NCBI GenBank assembly: GCA_041736175.1
Contig: JBGSUI010000126.1
Span: 1-64,000 of the forward strand
Direction: 5' to 3'
Origin: Oligoflexales bacterium
GTDB taxonomy: Bacteria > Bdellovibrionota_B > Oligoflexia > Oligoflexales > CAIYRB01
Length of the DNA stretch: 64,000 nucleotides
Shown piece after piece: positions 53,688 to 62,513 of this stretch. The stretch's first letter is position 1; each line of letters begins with the position of its first letter. The notes below the pieces were generated by a model. That model made no database searches and had not been told where the DNA came from. It saw nothing but the letters and a program-made list of their open reading frames with translations. The position numbers and the translations under genes were made by a program.

Positions 53688-54311
53688 TCACTTTGGAAAT
53701 TTTTCATTCCCCCAAACCACAAAAAGATTGAGTCCCGCTGCGCTCAGTGGCGGCTTCACAATCGGCATTCTTCCTGCCCGAATCGAACCTAAAGAGACTG
53801 CATAGTTTGCAACAACGGCATCATAGGTATCGAGAGCAATATTTTTTGCTGGATTTGGGGTTGAGTGGCACCCTGCACCAAGACAAGACGCTACCATTTG
53901 AGGGGCTATATCTTTGGCATAGCTGGTTGTAGGCGCAGGAGCTGGGGGTGGGACTGGAGCTGGGGGTGGGACTGGAGTGGGAGTTGGAGCAGGGGGTGGG
54001 ACTGGAGTGGGAGCTGGGGCAGGGCATGGTTTCTTTTTTGATTTATTCTTCTTCCCTTCATGATCTTCTTTGAGGCTTAAATCAAAATCGTCGTCTTCAT
54101 TATTTTTGTTTTTTCCTGAACCCTCCGCACCTCCTCCCGGTGTATTCGTTTGGCATGTCCCACTATTTGCCTTGTTTTTAGCAAGATCATAACTTTCAAC
54201 ATCTCCCTGATGAGACTCATTAGGGGTTGCTCTAGAAGCAGTTCCAGACCTAACTTGGGTTCCACAGGAAATTAAAAAAACCGAGAACCAAACACTTCTG
54301 AAAGTTTGCAT
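53688..54311 (-). CDS. Lipoprotein with Pro-rich linker and C-terminal cytochrome c-like domain (CX4CH)
   Basis: LISC lipobox; PAPTPVPP repeats; SYAKDIAP...SCLGAGCH...RMP...LS...W. Confidence 0.7.
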   Translation of the reverse strand: MQTFRSVWFSVFLISCGTQVRSGTASRATPNESHQGDVESYDLAKNKANSGTCQTNTPGGGAEGSGKNKNNEDDDFDLSLKEDHEGKKNKSKKKPCPAPAPTPVPPPAPTPTPVPPPAPVPPPAPAPTTSYAKDIAPQMVASCLGAGCHSTPNPAKNIALDTYDAVVANYAVSLGSIRAGRMPIVKPPLSAAGLNLFVVWGNEKFPK

Positions 54312-54606
54312 AGATCCACCTCGTTTGTTTGTTTTTTCTACGAAGTCACTTGCCTGCGTAGAACTAATCGAGCCTTCGGTGGCCTGTGCTGAAAATTCAA
54401 CTGCTTTTTTGAGGGGAGTATTTTAATGTATAACATTATATAGTTATAGGTAGTCAAATCATTGTGAATTTTACCAAGGCTGAGAGGATGTTTTAAAATC
54501 GATTTTATTTCTTGCGGCTGAGCCAAGCTCTTGCTCGGCCCCGTCATAACAGGTACCCTGATAAGGCCATCGGTAGTCTTGCAACGACCTGAAAAGGCCT
54601 CTTTTT

Positions 54607-55500
54607 ATGTCACAACCAGCTGCTCTCCCCATCCTAAAAGCGCGCCAAGTCGGCAAAGTCTTTGGGACCCAGGTCGCCATCAAGGACCTCAGTCTTGAGA
54701 TTTATCCCGGAGAGTGCTTTGGACTGTTAGGGCCCAACGGCGCAGGTAAATCCACGATGATCAAGATGATCTATGGTGTCGTGAGTCGCAGCAGTGGGGA
54801 CCTAACGGTGCTGGGTTTTGATCCCCAAAAAGATAGCCGGGCTTTACGGCGTTACCTGGGTGTGGTGATGCAAGAAGACGCCTTAGATGAGGCCATGACA
54901 GTCCGGGAAAACATGCTGATGTTTTCAAGATTTCATGGCATCGCTCGTAAGGAAGCCGCGCCCCATGTGGATCAGCTTTTGGCAGAGTTGTCCCTCACTG
55001 CCAAAAGCCAGGCTCCCATCTTTGCCTTATCGGGCGGCATGAAACGCCGGCTTGCTTTTGTAAGAGCTCTGATCTGCCGTCCCAAAATCCTCATCTTAGA
55101 CGAACCCACGACAGGGCTTGATCCCGCGGTGCGCCATGTCCTGTGGGAAAAAATCCGCCAACTCAAGAGTCAGGGTACGACCATTATCCTGACGACCCAC
55201 TATATGGACGAAGCGGAGCTGCTCTGTGATCGACTTGTGATCATGGACCAAGGCGCCCTTAAGGGTGAAGGGAGTCCAAGGCAACTCATCGCCACTCACT
55301 GTCCAGGATATATCGTGATCTATCAGGAGGATTTTCAAACTAAAAGACATCAGTTTACAAGCCTCAAAGCCCTGACAGATCATTTAGAAACGGTCCAAAA
55401 GCATGAGTCCCAAGGTGGAGTGCCCACGATGATGCGGCCTTCTAATCTCGAAGATGTTTTTCTTAAACTCACAGGACGAGAACTCGATGAGCATGCATAG
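54607..55500 (+). CDS. ABC-2 transporter ATP-binding protein (NodI-like)
   Basis: GECFGLLGPNGAGKST, LSGGMKRR, LDEPTTGLDP, TTHYMDEAE. Confidence 0.9.
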   Translation: MSQPAALPILKARQVGKVFGTQVAIKDLSLEIYPGECFGLLGPNGAGKSTMIKMIYGVVSRSSGDLTVLGFDPQKDSRALRRYLGVVMQEDALDEAMTVRENMLMFSRFHGIARKEAAPHVDQLLAELSLTAKSQAPIFALSGGMKRRLAFVRALICRPKILILDEPTTGLDPAVRHVLWEKIRQLKSQGTTIILTTHYMDEAELLCDRLVIMDQGALKGEGSPRQLIATHCPGYIVIYQEDFQTKRHQFTSLKALTDHLETVQKHESQGGVPTMMRPSNLEDVFLKLTGRELDEHA

Positions 55501-56281
55501 CCAAGTGGAATCAGGACACCAGTCCCTTCGGCTTTCGGCCCTAGTGGCCCACAGGCATTGGACGATCTATAGGCGGAATTTCTGGGCAAATATCTCCCCG
55601 ACCTTGGTCGATCCGACCCTCTATGTGATTGTCTTTGGGAGTTGGCTTGGCTCCCAGGTCCAGACCCAGGGCGATAGGTCCTACCTGGCCTTTATGGCAC
55701 CTGGAATCAGTGCCATGACAGCTTTCTTCACGTCTTTCTTTGAGGGAAGCTACGGGTTTTATGTCCGACTCACCTACGAAAACATCTACAAAGCCCTTAT
55801 GACCACCCCGGTGGGTCCACGGGAGATCTTGCTGGGAGAGATGCTCTGGTTAGGGCTTAAGTCGGCTATCATGGCAACGGCAGTCAGTCTTGTCCTCGTC
55901 GTCCTAGGGATCAGTAAACCACATTATCTCTACCTTATCCCATTGATGGGTTTTCTGATCGGGACATCCTGTGGCAGCATCGGTCTCCTATCTTGTACTT
56001 TTGTGCAAAATATCAACCAATTTCAGTCCGTCTATGCATGGATCATAAGTCCGATGTTTTTTGTCTCCGGAATGTTTGTCCCTACCAGCGTGATGCCCGA
56101 TATCATCAAAAAGCTGATTTGGATGTCGCCTTTTTACCATGGAGTCCAGCTGGCCCAGGGGATCCTTTGGGCAGAAAACGTCGGCGAAGTCCTGTTAGTT
56201 CATGGGGGCCTGCTTTTGGTCATGAGCGTAGCCCTCACTTTTTGGATGTGGCGTCGGATCTATCCAAAACTCTATTTTTAA
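55487..56281 (+). CDS. ABC-2 permease (NodJ-like)
   Basis: YLAFMAPG, ALMTTP, SPMFFVSGMFVP. Confidence 0.85.
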   Translation: MSMHSQVESGHQSLRLSALVAHRHWTIYRRNFWANISPTLVDPTLYVIVFGSWLGSQVQTQGDRSYLAFMAPGISAMTAFFTSFFEGSYGFYVRLTYENIYKALMTTPVGPREILLGEMLWLGLKSAIMATAVSLVLVVLGISKPHYLYLIPLMGFLIGTSCGSIGLLSCTFVQNINQFQSVYAWIISPMFFVSGMFVPTSVMPDIIKKLIWMSPFYHGVQLAQGILWAENVGEVLLVHGGLLLVMSVALTFWMWRRIYPKLYF

Positions 56282-56294
56282 GTCCTGATACCAT

Positions 56295-58106
56295 TTACAG
56301 AACGCTCCCCAACATTCCCAGCCCTTGCCCCACCAGCCATGGGGTATCCCCCGAGGATGTGGCAAAATCTTGGACCAGCCTCTGGCGCAAAGTGTTTAGC
56401 CTTTCCTTGAACGCAGGATCGATCGTCTTAAGGGGGGTTTTGCGGAAATGCCACACCGCCAAATCCAGGGCATCAAGTCGTAGAAGCCACTCTTCAGGAA
56501 ACTCCCAGGACAGGAGTTCCGCCTTTAGGAGTGCGGTTTCTAAGGTATCGGTTTCGTGCTCCCTGCTATCACGGAGCTCCTGATAAGCTGCAAAGGAAGC
56601 GACTTCTACCGGGCTATAGGGGGAGGTGCGGGCTGGGGAGGTGGATGCTGTCCCCATCTCAAACATTCCAAAGTCTGAGGGATCACTGGGACCACCTGCG
56701 ACGGATAAGATCGACTCGCCCACGGCCCAGTCAAAGTCACCCCAATCAGGCTGAAAGTAAACACGGCCTGATTTTGTAACGGTGCATCTCTTCCACTTCA
56801 TCACCAAGATTTGGTCTTTATCCCCACGCACGACTTGGACCAGCTCTCCTTCGATCTGAAAGCCCGACGTGAGACGAAGGGTTGCAAACTCACCTTTATA
56901 AAGGCCCAATTGCGCTAGGTCCCCGTCGCTGAGGGTGGCAAGGGGCCGGTCGATACGGGCAGCGGCTCTGCCCAAGACGGTGCTAAAACCCTGGGGGTGT
57001 TGGGAGACTCCCTGTCCTGCCAGGATTTGGCCTTGGTAGGCAAGCTGGCTGGGGCCACGCCACCGAACCCACTCGACCCTGCCACGCTCCCCTTGTGGGG
57101 CGGAGGCTCCAGTGTCGTCAGTGATCATGTCGTCGATGATGCCGGAGATTTCGACACCAGAGTCAAGGATGGTGGTGGTGACGGTTCCTGCGTTGTGCCC
57201 CTCTTTAAGGGCATAGACGCCGCCCCGTTTGTAGGCCAGGGTGGCTTCAAACTCTTCAAGAACCTGTTTAAGGTGGCTGATGCTGTCGGCCACAAATAGC
57301 TGGGGTTGGGGCTCGGTGATATCGTAGGCCTGATCCACACAGGCGACGGAAAGCCGGATTTTTGCTACTTTTGGACTGAGACAGTTTTGACTTTCTCGCA
57401 CCGACGAAAGAAGGCCGGCTCCATAGATCTTTGGCTCGGTGAGGGAACCGAGGAGGCCGTATTCAACGGTCCACCAGTTCATACGGGTCACCTTGGCTGC
57501 CTCGGACGTGGTGGTGATCTTTGCCGTCGCTGCCTTAAGGGCAGACTCCGCCTGGGCGATCTGCTCCCTCGTGGAATCCGTGTTTTCCTTAAGATCCGAG
57601 AGGATTCGGATCGCCTCATAGAGTTGGAGATCACTGTGGCTTAAAATGGCTTTTTTGGCCATGGAGGCATAGCGAGTGAGATAGTCGGAGTAGTCCTGAT
57701 CGGCGAGGATCGGGGCATGTCCTGCGGCCTCATGGACGATGTCCGGTGCAGGGGTGTAGCCCACGTGGTCGATGGAGCGCATATCGTAGGCTATGGGAAG
57801 GATTCTGAGGGATTGAAATTCTAAAAACGCAGCAGGAGGGATAAATCCACAGACCGGCACAGCACCCCAGCCGAGATCGCGGAGTTTGGAGTCCATGTCT
57901 TTGATCATGGGAATACGATCTGTAGTGACCCCCGTTTGAGCGAGCCCCGCTATGTAAACAGGGACGGCATAGTCTTTAAAATAAGCCCGGTTTTGGCGCA
58001 TGATATAGCGCCAAACGGCATGATCTCTCGGTGTGTAGCGATCGTCGTTTTGTTCGACCACGTATTTGTGCAGATAGTCAGGAAGTCCTTCAAGGGTTGG
58101 GTTCAA
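56295..58106 (-). CDS. phhA: Pterin-dependent aromatic amino acid hydroxylase, long form (phenylalanine 4-monooxygenase-like)
   Basis: GFIPPAAF, YTPAPDIVHEAAGHAP, WWTVEYGL, YGAGLLSS, YDITEPQPQLFV; likely TTG start at 58106 with GAGGTG RBS. Confidence 0.9.
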   Translation of the reverse strand: MNPTLEGLPDYLHKYVVEQNDDRYTPRDHAVWRYIMRQNRAYFKDYAVPVYIAGLAQTGVTTDRIPMIKDMDSKLRDLGWGAVPVCGFIPPAAFLEFQSLRILPIAYDMRSIDHVGYTPAPDIVHEAAGHAPILADQDYSDYLTRYASMAKKAILSHSDLQLYEAIRILSDLKENTDSTREQIAQAESALKAATAKITTTSEAAKVTRMNWWTVEYGLLGSLTEPKIYGAGLLSSVRESQNCLSPKVAKIRLSVACVDQAYDITEPQPQLFVADSISHLKQVLEEFEATLAYKRGGVYALKEGHNAGTVTTTILDSGVEISGIIDDMITDDTGASAPQGERGRVEWVRWRGPSQLAYQGQILAGQGVSQHPQGFSTVLGRAAARIDRPLATLSDGDLAQLGLYKGEFATLRLTSGFQIEGELVQVVRGDKDQILVMKWKRCTVTKSGRVYFQPDWGDFDWAVGESILSVAGGPSDPSDFGMFEMGTASTSPARTSPYSPVEVASFAAYQELRDSREHETDTLETALLKAELLSWEFPEEWLLRLDALDLAVWHFRKTPLKTIDPAFKERLNTLRQRLVQDFATSSGDTPWLVGQGLGMLGSVL

Positions 58107-58208
58107 ATTCCACCTCACAGGTTGATTCTGCCGTTTGTGATATGATAAGCGTCTCATACCGTAAAAAAAACTCGACAACACTTTTAGACTGGGGGAGCAC
58201 TCGTTCAC

Positions 58209-58886
58209 ATGCCGACAAGCCGCCTTAACTTGCTGAGGCTCACCGTGACCTTACCGCTGGTGTGGTGTTTGAATCCAGCCTTTTTATGGGGTGCTCAGGA
58301 AACAGTAGACCTACATGCCAACAAGTTCCAAACCGTCCGTTTTGCCAAAATCGAACCTACCATCTACACCGACGACCAGGGTGGTCTAAAGATGCAAGTC
58401 AAAAGCTCTGCAGCTTTTTTATTGCAGTCTTTTGAACAGATCAAAAAAATCAAAAGCCTTCGGTTTCAATGGAAAGCCGACGGCAGCCCCCGCGTCAAAA
58501 ACCAGGAGCAGGAGCGGGAAAAAGCTGGCGACGACGCTCCCCTGCGGATTGGGCTCCTGGTGAGTGGTCCAGCACCGACCATTCCGTTTTTTGCCTCGGC
58601 TTGGATCAAAGCAGTAAGGGATCACATGAAGCATCCGTCAGACAAGATGATCTACGTGGCTGTCGGCACCAAAAATCCCCCAGGGGCTACTTGGGAGAGC
58701 CCCTATACGGACAGCATCCAGGTGGTGGTCGCCGGAGATCAGCAACAGTCCGATGGCTGGCGGCAAGCCCAATTCCAGCCAAAAACGCCCCTCTCCATCG
58801 TCGGTCTTTGGATTATGGCCGATGGAGACGATACCAAATCTCAGTTTACCACCTGGCTTAGGCAGTTAGTCCTGGAAACCCTGTGA
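58209..58886 (+). CDS. DUF3047-like exported protein
   Basis: FQWK, EKAGDDAPLRI, WESPY, IMADGDDT. Confidence 0.7.
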   Translation: MPTSRLNLLRLTVTLPLVWCLNPAFLWGAQETVDLHANKFQTVRFAKIEPTIYTDDQGGLKMQVKSSAAFLLQSFEQIKKIKSLRFQWKADGSPRVKNQEQEREKAGDDAPLRIGLLVSGPAPTIPFFASAWIKAVRDHMKHPSDKMIYVAVGTKNPPGATWESPYTDSIQVVVAGDQQQSDGWRQAQFQPKTPLSIVGLWIMADGDDTKSQFTTWLRQLVLETL

Positions 58887-58922
58887 GCTTCTCTAAGGGG
58901 AACTCATCTAGAAAGGATTTTT

Positions 58923-59144
58923 ATGTGTATCATCTGTATCGAATTTACCAAATCGCGAGATCTCCTTGATGCAAGGCGCATGTTGGCCCACGCCCGTAAG
59001 GAGCCCCAAGCGATTGGGGCCGAACACCTTGAGGAGCTGGGAGCAGCCTTGGACCAAGATCTAGGGACCGCCTTAGACGAAATTAAGAAAATTTCCAAAG
59101 ACCCCAGTGAGACTCAAGTGACAACGCCTCTGTCGCGGGTTTGA
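58923..59144 (+). CDS. Small hypothetical protein with N-terminal CxxC
   Basis: AAGGA RBS; MCIICIEF...EHLEEL. Confidence 0.55.
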   Translation: MCIICIEFTKSRDLLDARRMLAHARKEPQAIGAEHLEELGAALDQDLGTALDEIKKISKDPSETQVTTPLSRV

Positions 59145-59185
59145 TCTCCGCGTAACCTACTGGAATAAATAGATTTAATATAGTT

Positions 59186-59236
59186 TGTATTTCCTACAAT
59201 ACAATTTTCAGGTATTTTTGTATTGATAGGAATACA
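59186..59236. repeat. Two TGTATT-N6-AATACA palindromes 33 bp apart
   Basis: 59186-59203 and 59219-59236, directly upstream of the RBS of the AAA ATPase gene. Confidence 0.85.
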
Positions 59237-59256
59237 GATGTCATTTGGGAGGTGGT

Positions 59257-60522
59257 ATGGTGTCGATTGATTTAGAGCCTTTTTATAGGTTTCATCAAAA
59301 TGTTGTGAGTGACATCGTCAGCGCAAAAAAGCGCTATCTCGCTGACCAGATTGATTGGAGCGAAAACGCGATCATGGTCGTGGGCGATCGAGGGGTCGGA
59401 AAAACCACCATGTTGGTCCAAAGAGCACGCCTAACCTACCGGGATATCGATGAATGGTTATATATCGCAGGGGACTATTTTGAGCTCGCGGAAACAAAAT
59501 TGTATTCCACGGTCGATTCTTATTTTGCTCAAAAAGCTGGAAAATGCATCATTCTCGACGAAGTTCATAAATATCCTAATTGGAAAACCGAGCTAAAAAA
59601 CATTTTAGATGCGTTTCAAAGTAAAAAAATTTTTATTTCTGGAAGTTCCAGCATACATCTCCTCGAAGGCACAGATTCGCGACGTTCCTCTATCAAAGAT
59701 TCGAGCACGGATCTTCAGCGGCGCCGGACTCTGTACCTCCTGAAACACCTGAGTTTTCGGGAATACCTTGATTTTAAACTGGACCTTCAGCTCCCTAGTG
59801 TCGGTTTGTCCGAAATGATAGAAAACGCTAGCTCCATCGCTTTGTCGGCCATAACCCTTTTGAAAGGAAAGGATATGACAGTCCTTCGTGCTTTCGAAGA
59901 CTACCTTTTACAGGGGTGTTATCCCTGGTTTTTGTCTGCCCCCAACAGCTATGGAAAAAGACTTGAAGGCACGATCAATCAAGTGATTGAGTCTGATATC
60001 GCTCTATCCATGGAAATAAATGCCGAGGGCGTTCAAAAAATAAAAAAGCTTTTTTCCTTGATTGCATCATCAAAACCTTTTAGCCCAAATATTAATTCCC
60101 TCTCGCGGGAACTCGGGTCCACACGGGATACGATTTATAAATATATCTCATATATGGAAAAATCTGGTTTAATTCGGATTTTACATGATGAGATAAGCAA
60201 GGCGAGTCAGATTCTGACTAGACCCGATAAAATCTGTATTGCTAATCCTAACCTTCTGCAAATACCCCATGATATAAGGATGCATTCAGAATATCGCGGA
60301 TCGATGCGCGAATCATTTTTTGTCTCTAACTTCTCCACACAGGATATTACTTCGACAAAAAAAGGTGATTTTTGTGTCGGACACTATACTTTCGAAATAG
60401 GTGGACCTAACAAGACCGCCTCCCAAATCGAAGGTATTCCAAATTCTTTTGTAGTTCGGGATGGGCAAGAGATACCGTCCAATAAGTCTTTACCGCTGTG
60501 GATGTTTGGTTTTTTGTATTGA
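59257..60522 (+). CDS. AAA_14-family ATPase with wHTH and DUF4143-like C-terminus
   Basis: GDRGVGKTT, LDEVHKYPNW, SGSS, LSFREYL, GCYP, RESFF, GDF...FEIGG, PLWMFGFLY. Confidence 0.9.
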   Translation: MVSIDLEPFYRFHQNVVSDIVSAKKRYLADQIDWSENAIMVVGDRGVGKTTMLVQRARLTYRDIDEWLYIAGDYFELAETKLYSTVDSYFAQKAGKCIILDEVHKYPNWKTELKNILDAFQSKKIFISGSSSIHLLEGTDSRRSSIKDSSTDLQRRRTLYLLKHLSFREYLDFKLDLQLPSVGLSEMIENASSIALSAITLLKGKDMTVLRAFEDYLLQGCYPWFLSAPNSYGKRLEGTINQVIESDIALSMEINAEGVQKIKKLFSLIASSKPFSPNINSLSRELGSTRDTIYKYISYMEKSGLIRILHDEISKASQILTRPDKICIANPNLLQIPHDIRMHSEYRGSMRESFFVSNFSTQDITSTKKGDFCVGHYTFEIGGPNKTASQIEGIPNSFVVRDGQEIPSNKSLPLWMFGFLY

Positions 60523-60651
60523 ATATTAGCCTATTTAATATACTAATATTATTATTGTTTATAAATTAATTATAGTTTTTTATGCTTTTTTCCGAAAAGA
60601 CTCCTAAGGTGAAAATAGATATTGATTTGATTCGGCGGGAGAGGAGTCATC

Positions 60652-61611
60652 ATGAAGGGCATATTTTGGCTAGCTGTTGTGAGTAGCATAGGGTTGTTGA
60701 GCTGCGAGAGTGGCAAAGACACGCGAGAACTGATTTCGGGATCAGAGATGAAAGGAGCAGCTTCCAGCAGTGGAGAGCCTCAAACTGGCTCCAATGCGGA
60801 GCCCAAACCTGACCCCGCCCAGACAAACCCACCCCTCTCGTCTAATGCACCTAATGGAAACGGACCCCAGGGAGGTGTCTCAACCCCTAATATTCCGACA
60901 CCTTCGGCACCTACCACGCCCCCCACGTCGTCCCAGCCACCCAGTGGGCCGAGCTCCCCCCAGACACCCCCACCTCCAGCCGTGGTAAGCCTTGAGGAGT
61001 GTGCTAACCAAAAGAAAGCGTGGCCCGCGGTCGTCAACCAAAAGCAACCAACCCAATGCGGTGACCAACTCGTCGACTGGTGCTGTACCCGTGAAGAAAT
61101 AAAAGCACGGTTTCCGACATTAGCTTTAACATTAGAGGAAAAATTTAAAAAGCAGGCTGACACGGACCAATTTGTCCTCTATCAATGCTCGTTTAACCTT
61201 ACGGGTTCGCCCCAAAAAGGCATCCAGTATACCTTTCATTTTGCTAAGGTCGTCGAACCCCAGGTCTTTTACCAACCTATAAATGTTTATAATATCACGG
61301 CGACAACACCAGCTCAGCCACAAAACCCTTGTCCTCCTCCTGTGACCGTGGACAAGCTAAAAAAGCCGCCGACTCTCCCTGCGCCGGATTTTGTGGCTGT
61401 GATCAAACCAATCCTCGACGCCAAGTGCGGTGGGACCAACTGTCACGGAGCGGCGACCACCTTGGGGGCTGCCTTAGACTTTAGTGTTCCCGCTAATCTC
61501 AAGAAAGCCAATCAGGCGTTTTTGTTTTCTATGCCACCGGCGAGTGCTGGAAAACCCCCCTTGACGGGAGCAGAGGTCAAGGCACTCACAGATTATATGG
61601 CTACGCCTTAG
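60652..61611 (+). CDS. Lipoprotein with Pro-rich linkers, Cys-rich middle domain and C-terminal cytochrome c-like domain (CX4CH)
   Basis: LLSC lipobox; DFVAVIKPILDAKCGGTNCH...MPP...LTGAEVKALTDY. Confidence 0.7.
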   Translation: MKGIFWLAVVSSIGLLSCESGKDTRELISGSEMKGAASSSGEPQTGSNAEPKPDPAQTNPPLSSNAPNGNGPQGGVSTPNIPTPSAPTTPPTSSQPPSGPSSPQTPPPPAVVSLEECANQKKAWPAVVNQKQPTQCGDQLVDWCCTREEIKARFPTLALTLEEKFKKQADTDQFVLYQCSFNLTGSPQKGIQYTFHFAKVVEPQVFYQPINVYNITATTPAQPQNPCPPPVTVDKLKKPPTLPAPDFVAVIKPILDAKCGGTNCHGAATTLGAALDFSVPANLKKANQAFLFSMPPASAGKPPLTGAEVKALTDYMATP

Positions 61612-61740
61612 GGCTCGTCACACTCTTCTAAATCCTCTCTGATGAGAGCGTTTGATTTTTGAGTCTATCTAAGCCAGGATAGGGTCGGTCGTCAAACCGC
61701 GCCCTTCCCGCTCAAAGTCAAAACCCTAGGAGAGACTTCT

Positions 61741-62433
61741 ATGACCGCCTCTGATCTCTATATTAAGCAAATTCCCGTAGGTCCGATGCAAAATTTCGCC
61801 TATCTGATCGGCAGCCAGTCTCGGGGCGAATGTTTTGCCGTTGATCCTGCCTGGGAGCCCCAGAAGGTGATCGATGAAGCGGCCAATGACCAGATGAAAA
61901 TCAAGGGTCTTTTGGTCACCCACTATCATCAAGACCATTGTGGCGGGAGTTATGGTGGCCACCAGATCCCTGGTGTTGCCGAACTTCACGCCACCCTTGG
62001 CGTTAAGGTCTATGCCAACACCCATGAAGTCGACGGGATCATCAAAGTGACGGGTTTAGCGAAAAACGACTTTCATATCTGCCACGGAGGGGATGTGCTG
62101 GACGTGGGGGGGATTAACCTAAAGCTTATTCACACTCCAGGGCACACACCTGGAAGCCAGTGTCTGCTTTGTGAGAGTCGGCTGATTTCTGGAGATACGC
62201 TCTTTATTTCGGGGTGTGGCCGGGTGGATCTACCCGGTGGAAACGGACCGCAGCTCTATGAGAGTCTGAGAAAGATATCGACCCTTCCCGGTGATACAGA
62301 AGTCTTGCCAGGTCACCATTATGATCCCCAGGCTACGGCGTCCCTTGATTATATCAAAAAGGTGAATCCCTACCTCCGGGAAGCGACTGTCGAGGGCTTT
62401 CGCTCCCTAAGGGAAAAACCACGGGAAACCTAA
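61741..62433 (+). CDS. MBL-fold hydrolase (glyoxalase II-like)
   Basis: GPMQNFAY, THYHQDH, HTPGHTPGS, SGDTLF..GCGRVDLPGG, PGHHY. Confidence 0.9.
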   Translation: MTASDLYIKQIPVGPMQNFAYLIGSQSRGECFAVDPAWEPQKVIDEAANDQMKIKGLLVTHYHQDHCGGSYGGHQIPGVAELHATLGVKVYANTHEVDGIIKVTGLAKNDFHICHGGDVLDVGGINLKLIHTPGHTPGSQCLLCESRLISGDTLFISGCGRVDLPGGNGPQLYESLRKISTLPGDTEVLPGHHYDPQATASLDYIKKVNPYLREATVEGFRSLREKPRET

Positions 62434-62513
62434 GCGCCGCCCTTTTCAGTTCGAACTGGGACCGGTCCGACTTTTTTGGTATGATGACAGCAACGAAATA
62501 AGAGGAAACTGTC

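Noticed and set aside
53930..54030. G-rich tandem repeats as a DNA element
   Set aside because: Explained by the Pro-rich linker encoded on the minus strand.
54607..56281. Nod-factor export system
   Set aside because: NodIJ-like ABC-2 pairs are widespread, and no nodABC genes are present.
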